64,000 nucleotides of DNA from Klebsormidium nitens (lineage: Eukaryota; Plantae; Klebsormidiophyceae), in the NCBI GenBank assembly GCA_000708835.1, contig DF237123.1, positions 1 to 64,000 on the forward strand, in the 5' to 3' direction. Of this stretch, positions 9,051 through 21,199 are shown one piece after another (within the stretch, counting starts at the first letter, position 1; each line of letters starts with the position of its first letter). The translations under genes were made by a program, and so were the position numbers. The notes below the pieces were generated by a model, which was not told where the DNA came from, ran no database searches, and saw nothing but the letters and a program-made list of their open reading frames with translations.

Positions 9051-10988
9051 CGACGCCATAGTACCGCAGCGACATTGCTAACGAAGAAGCCAACTTGAAC
9101 CAATACAATATGCTGACGACATTGAATTAAGCTTTACTACCCTGATTAGAGCTGTGATCTCGCCGTTCTATACCTTTCAGAGGATTAAAGATCCCTGAGA
9201 AGATCTTCGAGCGGTAAGCTGCATCTGCCAGACGTCATGTTGACGGCTCCAAAAGCCAAAGTGCTAGTCAAGCATTTCTCCGTTGATTGCTCAAGTTTGT
9301 TGGATATTTACGGAGTTGCGTCAGCACCTCATGAGCCATGGGGGGACAGTGAATTCGTCAGCAAGGCGCAAAATGTATGCGCAGTCGCTGCAAGACGTGT
9401 AATTGGACAAATCTGAAAACCATGCATGAGCGAAGCAATCGTCACGCGGACACAACACCACGGGACGTCACAAATGCGCACTTTTGTGATGTGATCGGAT
9501 ATTTTCAGGGCTTCGCTTCAAACTCACTCATTGCGCGCGCGACGCGATCCGATTTTGCAGCATGATGTGACGGCTCTTCCTCTCCCAACGGACCGTAATA
9601 CCGCGCAACATTAGCGGAAGCAAGACAGATCGAAGCAACCCAATAAACGTAGATTCCCGGGCTTTTCATCTTCTTGACGTGACCAGATCACGTCCCAGTA
9701 GCGTCTCGTTAGCGAGCTTGATTGATCTGGCAGGATCCTGCCAGAACATACGGAGGAGGAGAAAGATGCGCATTCTAAGATTCTCGAGCGGACTCTTGCG
9801 CCTTTTCCTTTTGCGGCGCTTTCGCAGGATGACTCGCCGCAATGAGTTGCAAGGTTATTTTCCAATCATCCACAAACTGTCTGTGACCGTTTGAAAATCA
9901 CTTTCGACGAGATCCGAGGCGGGATGTAAAGATCTGACCGTTTCGCAGACGCTCGTATTGTGATGAAACAGCACTCGATTAATCTGTGCGAGAGACCTTC
10001 CTTCCAGTACCATTTGCTTGATCTACATCTTCGACAAAGTTAAGGCCGCGGAGTGATTGAGAACAATACATAACGTCCTGCCGTGTCGAGCAGACGAACT
10101 TGGCTCGCGTTTGGCTGGCTGCTTATGGACGCCTGAGAAGGCTCCTAATATTCTCTAGATTAGCATTTGAGCCGACGGGCTGATGTGACTGAATGCAGGA
10201 GAATGAAGACACTCGAGCGCCCCGCAAAGCACTGACTCGTAGGAATTCACGCGGTGTGCAAACAGAGAAGTTTCGAGCGACTCTCACGGGGATTCATAAT
10301 CGTGCGCTGCGTTCGCAGAACTACTCGCCGCAACCAGAAGAGCAATTAATGTGGCTGTACAAAGACGGAACCAATTAAAGGCGATGAAGGGGCAAAGGAC
10401 TTCGGGTGACGTTTGCGTGGGTGGCGAAATGGGTCTAAAGAACGATTTGACGGATGATTGAGTGGTTTACACAGGGACGCCGATGCTTCACCCGAGGTCG
10501 TTTGAATTCAATAAAGATAGCTGGGTTTGACAGTTTCGTCTTTTTGCCTTCCGTTCAATTAATCTCGGATGGGAAGTTGACATTGAGTGCCCATTGAAGG
10601 AAGCAGAGACCAAAAGCTTCGGTCCGTTTTGAGCCAAGGTTGCACAAAACGACAGATCTGTGTAAGCCAAGCACAGTACAGTTGACGTTCTATTGAATAG
10701 TGGTCGCTTCGTATTCCGCTCAGCGTCACGCGTAGTAAATAGACTTGGACCACGTGTATAGCGGGCTTGAAAATTATTATTCAAACGCCCAAGATCTCCC
10801 CGTTCTTCTCTTGCAGCAAAAAGCAGGGGCCAGCACGATCCGCGCGTTCCAGAAATATCTCGAGCAGCTTTCTCGGCTGCGCCTTTGCCTTTTGCCTAGA
10901 CCCTTTGCAGCTTTTTCGCAAAAGGGCGTCCCTTCATTAAGAGCAAAATCAATGGGACTGGGGGGCTGTCATGTCATGTGACCAAACA

Positions 10989-11070
10989 CAGGCCTTGCAT
11001 AATGCAAATTAAAGCTGGAGTGCTTCTTTACGACGATCACAGGCGTTGCATAATGCAAATTAAAAGCTAG
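10989..11070. repeat. Tandem duplication (~50-bp period) of a palindromic motif
   Basis: acaggc(c/g)ttgcataatgcaaattaaa(a)gct occurs twice and contains the palindrome TTGCAT-A-ATGCAA. Confidence 0.75.
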
Positions 11071-13074
11071 GGCTACGTGCATCTCTTTCAGCATGTACCC
11101 CATGCCAGGTGGCCAAACCTCATTGGCCAGATAAAATCCGCCTCCGTTTGCTGACGCAGCGGGGCGCGTCACATGGCGCCGTCGAAGTTGCAAAGACCAA
11201 ACTTGCATTGATATATTGAATCATTGGCAAGATCCTGAAGTGACTGATTCGTTTATTGCCCTCGCAAACTTTGTAACGCTTCGGGGCTAAGGGAGATGTA
11301 TCCTGTACAAGCATCTTCTGTATAATGACTCGAACCGGCTGAGCAGTTGGGTTCGTTTTGTCCGCTTTAGTTGTCCTTTCAAGGCAGCATCGTTCAGTCC
11401 GGAATGTTCGTGGGACGCCAAACAACAGCCCCGCCTCTCAGTGTGGCGCGGCGTCAGGCGAAGCCTTATTTGCGAAGCAACTTTGCAAGTCGCGCTCTGG
11501 GGACCCGCAAAGTCATCAACAGAAACACGGCTCATGAATCTGGGCGCACCGTTATTCACTAAGTTAAAGTACAGGCACGCAAGCTGGGCCCTGAATACGA
11601 TAGGCTAAATAAGATTGTCGGCTAGAGGGAGGATAGTGAGTTGGACGTGGCTGATCCACAGTGCAAGCTGTTGTGCAATCTCTGAAATCTACGTATTCAT
11701 CGCGTGCTTCTCAGCAAGGATTCGGCTCTGATGGTGTCATATATCTGGCCAGAGCATGTTCTATAAAAACCGGCACGTTTAGATTTGAACTCTAGCCTAG
11801 GCTAAATAAGCTGCCGTGCAGTATGTCTGATGGCCCATACTTTACTTCACCACGAAAGAAACGTTCCTTTTAGGATGTAAACTTACTGGTGCAGCTCAAG
11901 TACTCCTTCAACCACAGTGGTTCATGATCGACCGGTGTTCCAAGTTGGATAAGCACCGGACAGTACGTGGGCCGGGCGCATTTTGCCCCGTACGCATTTG
12001 TCGCGCAGATAATTGATATTCTTGATGGGTCAATCAGTCACATTGAATTGCATTGCAAGCCCATGTCACTTGTTCCAAGTAGGCCAAAATAGCAAGGACT
12101 TGATTGCAGCTATGTTGGCCACATGACAAGTGTTTATAGCCGACAGTTTGCGTTATGCAAGTTTGAAGCCAAAGCAAGCATCATCGGCCAGAATTTGGAA
12201 TTGCACTACATGGTCATTAAACTATTCAATGATTGCGTAATACTATTGCACTCAGCCTTGTATTGAGTGAAAGGCAGTAAATCAAGCACATCATGCTTGG
12301 GCTTGTACCGGCTGCACATATGTTTTCAATTTGGATGCACATGAGCTAGAGATCGAGCTAGGGCGTTAAGATCAATCCATGAGTCCGAAGCTGTGTATCA
12401 AGACATAATCTCTGATCATTCGCAGTTCATGCAATCAAGATGGAGGTAGAGCGTGACGTGCAGTGTTGGCAGGCTGAGGGACTTCCTCGACAATTGACGT
12501 GGAAAAACGAATTAGGCTACGTTCAGCAAAGATGAGAATCCCTGTTTGTGGTCGGTCCAAAGACCATATTAATCTGGTTGGCTGGCCATGACGGTCTCTG
12601 ACTCAACGTTAATTACGTGTCGGTTCCAGCTGTCTGTTTTCAGCTCCATACTATGCTACTACATGAAACTAACTCTGACCGGTTTGGGCCCATCTCGTCA
12701 ATCTTCGTCTATTGACCTCGGGCTACTTTATTCGAAACTTCTAACGTACAGTTAGCCTGCTTCACAACAATTCTCGCGGCGCCCGTACACAAGCAAAGCT
12801 TTAAAACTCGCGAGCCACCCATGCAACACTTATGCCGGTCCACCTCTACAGGCGGCCGGCGCCTACGTATTAAACCGCAGAGTCGCCCGGAAAAACCGCC
12901 CCGCTGGCACGTTTTCGGTCAAAGCTAAACTGTGGGGGAGAGACCGGGGGGCGCAGGCGGAGTCAAGCGACCTTTGACGTTCCGCCTAGGTTTTATTGGT
13001 AGTTAAGTCCAAAGCCTACCGCTAACTAGCAGGGGTTAAGATCTAGGTTTGCGGAATTGGTACAGCCTGCTCCG

Positions 13075-15769
13075 CTAGCAGGACCGGGCGCGCTTATGCG
13101 CGCCCTCCTCCGACGTCAGCGCCATGTCAGCGGCCTCGCTGGCCGTCCGCTTGTGGCCCACGTCCCCACCGTCCGTTCCGTCCGTTCCGTTCATTCCGCT
13201 GGGGCCCTCCTCGTCGTCCACCAGCATGCTCAGGCACTGCCACTCGGGCTCGTCCCCGGGGATGACGTCGTCGCTGGCGTCATTCAGGAACATGGCTGCC
13301 GCCATGTCGCTGAACACGTCCGCCTCCGGGACGGGGGGGCACTTCCCCTGGGAGCCGCTGCCCCCCTTGCTGGAGCCCTTCTCCTCCGCGCCGCGGAACG
13401 ACTCCTTGGCAGGAGAGGAGAAGTTCAGATACGACGGGACGGCGATCCCCGCCTTGCGGCTCGCGACCACCGAGCTGCACCGGCTCAGGGGGGACCCCTG
13501 CGGCAGCGCCGGGAACCCCCCGAAAGAGTTGTTGCGCGCCGGGGGGGGCGTCACGGACCGGTCCGGCGCGTCCAGTTCCGCGTCCAAAAGGTCGTCGTCC
13601 GAGTCGGAGCTCTCGTCGTCCGATTCGGACACCGCGCCGCCCCAACCGTCTTCCGAGTCGTTGTCGGGAGGGGTTGCGGGGAGGTTCCACGGGTTTGACG
13701 GGTTGGGGAAACTAGAGCCGAGGGCTTTGCGCGCGGAGGAGCACTCGGATTCGAGGTGCTTGCGGCGCGCGCGCTCCTCCTCGGCGGCTTTGAGGATCTC
13801 GGGGACGGGGCGGCCGGCCATGACCTGGAAAGGGGGAGAAAAAGAATCAGCATATTGGTGCGGATTTGGGGAAAAGACATCTCGGGATTGCGGTCTCAAA
13901 AGCAGAGTTCTAGTTTGAGGCTAAGCTGGATGATCGGTTCAAAGTGCAAGTTCGAAGTTTAAGGAGGTAGATTGCAAGCAAAGCCGTCAACCACAAGGGA
14001 CAAAGACAGGACTCGAAGCAAGAAGTGATTACGGGACAGGCAGTAATCGCCTTTCAGGTAACACGTGAAGTCCTTTTTGAGATTGCTACTACATAGGAAC
14101 GCAAAGGTTAAAAGACACACAGACAAGAAACTGAAGGACCAAGCGAAAAACCAATCACCCACCTGACGGTACGGCCAGCGCGCAATCCCGTACTTCTGGA
14201 ACAGTTGCCGGAAGCGCTGCGTCGTCAGCACCTGGGGGCGTCCCGCCGAGAGCTTCTGACACGCGTCCTGCATCGGGAGCTTGAAGCAGTCGACGAGCTG
14301 CTCCAGCGTGATCGGGCCGGGCTCGCTCGGAATGGGGGGCAGCCGGTCCAGCACTTCCTGGACCCCCGAAATGGTGACGATGTTGTGCTTGCGCTTGAGG
14401 CGCACCCAGCGGCGGCGGAGCTGGCGCTCGGACCTGCGGGGGAGGAGAGGGATGATGTCAGCAGAGTGTTTGGAATAACGTCAGCTTTGGAAGATGGATC
14501 GGCCCAAACACCGTGAGGTGGTTGAGGTTGGAGGCAAAGCCAAGTCAAAGTGGTTTCCATCTGGCTTGCACCCTGCCAGATCAAGACCTTCATGTTCACA
14601 AGCAGACGAACAAGACCGGTCAATGAGGCAAAAGAAGTAGAGTCAGCGAGATCAGTAAGATTGACAGCGTGAATCGGCAAGGAAAAACTGCGTACCTGCC
14701 GGGGAAGAACTGGGTCATCTTCTTGAACGTGATCTTGCGCCCGTACTCGGCCAACTTGCCCAGGAAGCGCCGGTCCTCCTCCTCGGAGAAGGGGCCCCGC
14801 TTCAGCGCCTGTTCGTCGGGTTTCCCAGCCTCCGTGAGCCCGCTCGCCTCCGAGGGCATTGCCGACAGGGCCCCCGAGCTGGGGGCCGGGTCCACCTTGA
14901 CCAGGGCCAGGTTAGCCTTAACCATCGCGGGTTTGGTGGGGGTTTTGGGCGGGGGGGTTTTGGGGAGCGGCTTCTCGTCGACGAAGAGGGACGAGAGGAG
15001 GGGCCCTGTTGAGGGCAGGGTTGGCGTGTTTTGCTGCTGGACGAAGCTCTCGACGAGCCCGACCAGGGCCTCCATGCTCTGGGGGGAGGCGGAGCGGGGG
15101 GGAGGAGTCGAGAGGGTGGCAGCAGATGCGACGGCTTCGACGTAGCTGCCAGGGTTGAAGGAGGAGGCGGGAACGGGAGTGCCTGCGGGGAGGGGGAAGA
15201 AACACGTTTAGGAAGGAGAAAAAATCGAAGTTTTTCAAGTTCGAGATCTGGTCGATGGAATCTGGTCAGAATAGTGGGGCCTGTTTGAAAGGAGTGAAAA
15301 ACAGGATAAAGTGCAGCAAGGAACATCCGTCGTGTGAGTTGGTCGGTGTGACTGATCGACCTTGAATAAAAGCAGGTTTGGGATTTGAGTACAGAGAGCT
15401 ATTGGATTGATCCAGTTCTGACATGCAAGAAAGAGAAGGTCAGGTAGAAGGTTGAAAGCACCAATCCGAAGCAGCAAGCAATGAGCAACAAATCTGGTTC
15501 AGAAACTTGCAAAGTCTTCACAATGATCATGACTTGACCCAACTTTTGCAGCTTTCAGCGTGCATGCATGCATTGCGCCAATTACGCTTTCAGCAGAAGA
15601 AAAATCAACACCCTCTGAGAAGAGAAAAGCCCAAGCGGGGGGCAAAAAACTTACTTGGGTACTGGGGGGGGAGAATGGTGGTGGCCAGTCCTGAGGAGCC
15701 CGCGACGAGAGCACTGATCAGAGCGTCGACAGAGGCGTTCTCACGGGGGGGGGAGAGCGGAGAGCTCAT
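13075..15769 (-). CDS. Myb/SANT + RWP-RK domain transcription factor (exons 15769-15655, 15182-14696, 14433-14163, 13824-13075; 540 aa)
   Basis: Splicing at GT-AG sites reconstructs KRGPFSEEEDRRF...FFPGR/SERQLRRRWVRLK (Myb) and ITLEQLVDCFKLPMQDACQKL...FQKYGIARWPYRQ (RWP-RK). Exon phases sum to 1623 nt. Confidence 0.85.
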
Positions 15770-16624
15770 CTCAGGGCGAGAGGTGCTGCAGGCGCGTGGG
15801 GGGGGGGACGGAATGGGCTCTGCAAAGAGGGGGAGGGGGGAAGGAGTTGCTGTTAGTCACTGAAAAGGGGGTGTCGCTGACTTGGCCGTTTTAAAGGCAG
15901 AAGAATCGCGGAAAACGCTGCTTGAAATTCAAAGAAAGCAGATCTGGTGGTCTCAGGAGCGCGTGCCAAGAGACATGTGGAGTAAGAGTCAGCCCATATT
16001 ACTAGAGTGCGAGAAAGTCTCAAGGGATCAGCGCTACTGTAGTCACTGAAACTTACAGCCAGAATCCAATCAAGCAATTGGAAGGAACGATTCGCAAATG
16101 TGCATTGGATTAAGCCGGAGGGATGTATTGCATTTAACTTACAATGAGCAGTGAGAGCCGACAGCCGAGTTGGCATCAGCCAAGCTGTTGCGGTTGAGGG
16201 CAGGTTTGGTGGTTGGAGGAGTGGTAGGGACCCAGTTCCTTGGAGAACCGTCATCTGCAAAAGGAAACATTTCTTAATGATAAGTGGAAAAGGTGGTTCT
16301 GGCATCTGTAAGAGTAAAGCCTTCTGATGAGAAGTTAGAGGGTGAGGTGGCCAATCCAAGTATGAAGAGCTGAAAGAGCCAGTCATAGAAGCAAGGGACA
16401 GTGAAAAATAGGAAGGAAGAGGAATGAGAACAAGGATCGAACTTGGTTATTGCTTGATCTGGCGAAAGACTTGATGCACCAGACTCTGACAACCTTGTGT
16501 GGATCAACTTTAAATCCTCATCAACCACTATTTTAGATATAACGATTCACAAGGAGGTTCACAAAAGCCAGTTTGCCAAGAGATCTGACCACTTCAAGGA
16601 AGAAACAAGTTACTAGACATGAAA

Positions 16625-17928
16625 TCACAACTTGTCAAAAGTCTCAAAAAGGTTTGATAAGACACCACCAAGCATGGAAAACGTTCTCAGAGGCAACCCT
16701 GCAGATGCAAAGGCGAGAAACTTGCAGGAAGAGAGAACTGATGTGGAGTTACAGCAAGGAGGAAAGAGATTACGAATGACAGAAAGACGAGAAAGTGAAG
16801 GACAACGAACACTTATGAAAAACACCACCATGACATGTCAAATCTAAAGATAAGAGAAAGTAGTAGTCTGCAGGAATGTTGAATAAAGTGGTGGAATGCA
16901 GAAGTCTTGAACTCACCAGGCCAAGTCATGGGGTCCAGGTTGGCATCCGGCAGCGACCCCATACCACTCCCCAACAACTGGTCCAGCGCTGACATGTCAT
17001 CCTCAGGCCACAACTCAGAGCCCCACCCATCAGTGTTCAGCGAGCAACTCTCAAACCCGTCGCTGTTTGACACTCCAGCGTCGCACTGGGGAAGGCACTC
17101 GTCGCCGGACTCGTCTGAAGAGGACCCCCTGGGAGGACACCCGCCGTCGGATTCAGAGGAATCCGACGGCCCAGAGAGCGAGGCGTCGTGCTCCGGAATC
17201 TGGAACGTCTCGGGCTGTTGCCAAAGCGGGGGTGGGGTTGGGTTAAGCAGCTGCTGGATGAGGGTTTGCTGCTGCTGCTGCTGCTGCTGCGCCGCGTAGC
17301 GCTGGAGCAACAGCTGCGCGACAGTGTCCAGCATGTCGCCGCCACCTGGCACGCTCTTATTGGTCTGGAGCAGCGCGGCCACCAGCTGCGTGGTCTGATC
17401 GGCCCGCGCGTTGGTCTGCAGCTGGGACAGGATGTTGGCTACTGGGTCAGCAGCAAACCCGCCTCGGTTAGCGCCGAACAGCGGAGGTGCGGAGCCCAGG
17501 AGGGAAGAGAAGCTGGGCATCGCTTTGAGCGCGGCCAATGCCGCGTCGATGGGGGGTGGCGACGGCGAGAAGGGCGACAGGCGGGTCTGAGGGAGGTTTG
17601 CAGAAGCCGCCCTGAGGAGCGCCGCATGCCTCTCGGCATTTCCAGGATGTGCAGCAGGCATGCTGAAGCTCTTCTGGAGTGCGGGAGATGACATCTGTGG
17701 CTGGGTGGTGGAGTGGCCGGCGGGGCGGGGGGTGCCCTTGCTCTTGGATTTCCCCTTGGAAGACCCCCCGGAAAAGTGCGTGAGGGCAGATGCCATCAGA
17801 TTGGGCGAGGGCAGGAAGAGCGGGTTGCTGCTGTCCGCCTTTGCCGCCTTCTTCTGCATCTTCTTGAGGCGGATCGCATCGGCCCGCATTGCGACCGCGG
17901 TCTGCGCATCGGTGGCGCCGGAAGCCAT
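16625..17928 (-). CDS. Hypothetical low-complexity protein (Ala/Ser/Pro-rich, poly-Q); exons 17928-16917 and 16698-16625
   Basis: Long GC-rich ORF; G|GTGAGT donor and TGCAG acceptor give a 1086-nt in-frame CDS. No recognisable domain. Confidence 0.6.
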
Positions 17929-20900
17929 TGCGGCCGGGGGGGGCGGCGGAGGCGCTAGCGCAGGAGGCCCATGCAGGGAGCAGGGTCGCAGGAGGGCTGG
18001 TCGTTGCACGTTTTCGCTTAAGCTTCGGATCAATGGGGGGGCGTGCGGGGTGCCAATTGCCTTGAGGGCGCAGGTTCGACGCGACAGGCAATGCGGGCGC
18101 AGGGCTCTTTGGCCGCCACCAAATCAGAAGACGCAGTTGACTGCGGATCGGAAAATGAGGAAAAGAGCAAACTGGCACTCGTGCCATTGGCGCCGCTAAT
18201 GCTGGTGCCCTGATTCAGAGGCGAAGGCGACGCCAGGCTTCTTGCTCCTCAGTCTTCGGCGTCAGCTGTCCCATCACGAAGCGCTTTCACAGGAGGCTGG
18301 AGCGCCTTCTTTTTTTAGCGGGGCGCTTCTCTGCGTTGCGCGCACCCGGCGCTTCCAGAAAACGTCCTCCCAACCGTCCTCCCCAAGTGACCGTGGCCGG
18401 CGCCCGGGGCACGGGATGCGATCCTGGTTTGCTACTTCAAGAGTCTATAGGTTAACTGAACCCACGTCGAAATAAGAACTCGTTACGAGTCAGATAATAT
18501 GTTTAGAAAGGTCGAACTTACGGTCAAGGTCTTACAGATTGTGCCCCAGTGCATATCCCCCCGATATGGCCTTTTGATTTCTTATACAAAACCCAATGAT
18601 CAACTTAACCATTAGGTAACCCAATACCAAGGCCCAATTCCCGGTCTTGGGTCTGGTAGTGGAAGCTCCGTGCGTTGATTGTCAGATCAATGTTCCACCG
18701 GTGTGGATAGGCTTGTTCCGGCACAGGGGGCTTGAACGCATCCTTTCGTGAGCCCCCTGGAGAAATTCATAAGCACGTGCTCACGTGACAATTTATGTAT
18801 TTCCATAATTACATACACTAATGATGGTTGGATAGTAACGTCAACCCTTTCCTTCCAAGTTCCAGCCTTCCAGCCTGACTCGCTGGGTGTTCTTCTTCCT
18901 TTTGTTGGGAGCCGTGAGATATATCGATTTTTGTAAAGCCGTCCGATATATGATTCTATCTGATCGGACGGCCTTCCCTTAGTGCAGCTTTATTGATATT
19001 CCGGGACCTTGGCCGCGGGAAGCAGGTTTCTCGTCATCAGCTTTAGCACTACTGATATTCGTAATTTTGGCCGAGAGTTTTGTGCATGCACGCGTCAAGA
19101 TACGTGTCGAATTTTAAATAACTTGAATTATGGGTGTCCCCAATTGGACACCCATTTTTGACCACACGGCATCATCTGCTTGGCTGTTGGGCTGCTTTGA
19201 CCTTGATCGACGGCCTCAAAGAGCTATAAAGTCCACTGCTTATAATATTGCTTGACCCGCGAAAGTGGGCGTTGAGCGAGATGATAGCCGGTCGAGCAGG
19301 AGGCTATTTGCGGAGGCCCCTGCATAATGCCTTGGATTCCGAGACAGTTGGATTTGGAACCAGCTGGCGTTGGCATAATCAAGCTGTGCCGGCCACGCGC
19401 CAGCAAAGGAAGCTGAGCCCTAGTCAGGTTCTGACCTGTGTCAATCTTCTGTAGCCGATTATTGCGTTCATCTGACGGTCATCCGTCTGTTTGCCTGATT
19501 CTGTGATTCTTCATATCCGTCGATAGCCAAAGCGTGCAACTCTTCAACGATTGAAAGCGAACTCCAAAGCCCGCAAAGTCTTCAGTCAACAATCATCGTC
19601 GATTTCGGAGGAGGGCTCTCTGCGAGATTTCATAGTCAGTGACGGTTCTCTCGCGCCAAAATGTGGCAGCAAAGAAATGATTTAGGATCCAATTCAAGCA
19701 CTTGGAACTTGGAAAAGGTCATCAGCCATCGTTGTTTGCAACTTCAATCCAGCTAGGCTTGTCTGTACCTACAATGTAGGGACCATATGGTGGTACAGCG
19801 CAGAGAGTCTCTGTAGGACGGCTTATTTCTCGGCTGGAGCCTAAAAGCTGAGGGGCTCCACCGAGCAAGTTCACATCTCCAATTAGTTGTCCGGATAGCA
19901 TCGAGAGCGTCCGATTGAATCTCAAACCAATCTCAACCCCCGAGACATTATTGTATCTACCGTCGATCCTGCCACGATATCTAAGGTGCCCGGTGGCTCA
20001 TCTACTGCTCACCGCAGGAAGCTGGTAACTAGGGACAGCGCAGTCACGGCAACTGCTAGCCCACCACATTACCGAGCGGTAAGCCCATTAAATACCACCG
20101 ACTGGTCCTTGAGTCCTGCAACTCCCTTCAAAGTTCATATCCTGCTCTGATTCGTCAAATCAGGTTGTGACACCTTGGCAATTGAAATCCCGGAATGCAG
20201 GGCGATCCATAAATTAAGATCAGAAGATTCCGCTCCGGCGTGGGAGCGAAACAACTTGGAAGGGCCCGCGGTCGAATAAGCAGCTACCGGGCAACCTTCA
20301 CCAGTCCAATTACCACGGGCTCGCGCCCGCGTAATTTCCGCGGAATGCTAAATGCTTAAATCCGGTTAGGTCTGTACCGGTATTAGGTAGGTATACCTAT
20401 GCAAGGCTGAAGCAGGCTGAAGTCAAAGTGGTTGCGGTCCTCGAGTCCCTGACCGCTGTCGATACTCAGAAATATCGATAACTCGCTGGCAAATCTTCAA
20501 ATCCTGGCACCAGATCCTGCAGCTTATGGGCCGCTTATGGGAACTCCCCCTTAAATAAGCAGCTAGTGTCCACAAACCGGTTTCCGGCGTGCGGACCCAT
20601 GTGGACCTAGTATAGGTAGTCCTAGCACCTGGTAGGCAGCACCTTCTTTCGCTCGGAACCAGTCCTGTAAATCCGGAGTCAGCTGTCAAATACGAGGAGA
20701 GGTTTGATTCCTATCCGGTCGCTTTTGAAAGGCAAACTCGTCGCCAAGTCAAGTGACTTCCTAAAATCTCTCGAAATACCGTAGGTAGGTACCGGACTTC
20801 CTTTTGCGGTCTTTGATCGACGTACAGAGTCCAGACTCGCTCGATCAGTTGAAGTCCCTTGGTGCGCGAGCGCTTTTGTCTTTGCTCGCGTAGCACTGAC

Positions 20901-21199
20901 ACTGAGGATCACTCTTTAATACTGTGAAGTTGACGATAAATTTGGCGGCGGTTGTCAAACCGGTGAATGGCTTTCACCCTGTACTAGTCCGATTATAGTC
21001 TAAGTTAGCAGTGCCTGTTGCGACAAACGGCGTGCTGACGCTACCTTAAACTAAGGATCGGCTCACACCTTTTCCAAGTCTGCCTCCGTCCCTTCCACAG
21101 TGATTTCTCGCAAAAGAACCTCAAGAAATTTCAAATCGGCCAGTAAACCAAGTATGCACGCAGGAAGCGCTAAAGGTCTCAAAACGTGATCATGTAGGA

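Noticed and set aside
11320-11400. tRNA on the minus strand (GGTTCGAGTC T-loop-like motif)
   Set aside because: No T-stem pairing or cloverleaf can be formed.
13057-15326. Overlapping plus-strand and alternative-frame ORFs (e.g. 13057-13698, 13124-13918, 14669-15145)
   Set aside because: Shadow ORFs of the GC-rich Myb-RWP-RK exons.
18521-19209. MITE bounded by cggtcaaggtc / gaccttgatcg
   Set aside because: Only 10 of 11 nt match and there is no TSD; compatible with chance.
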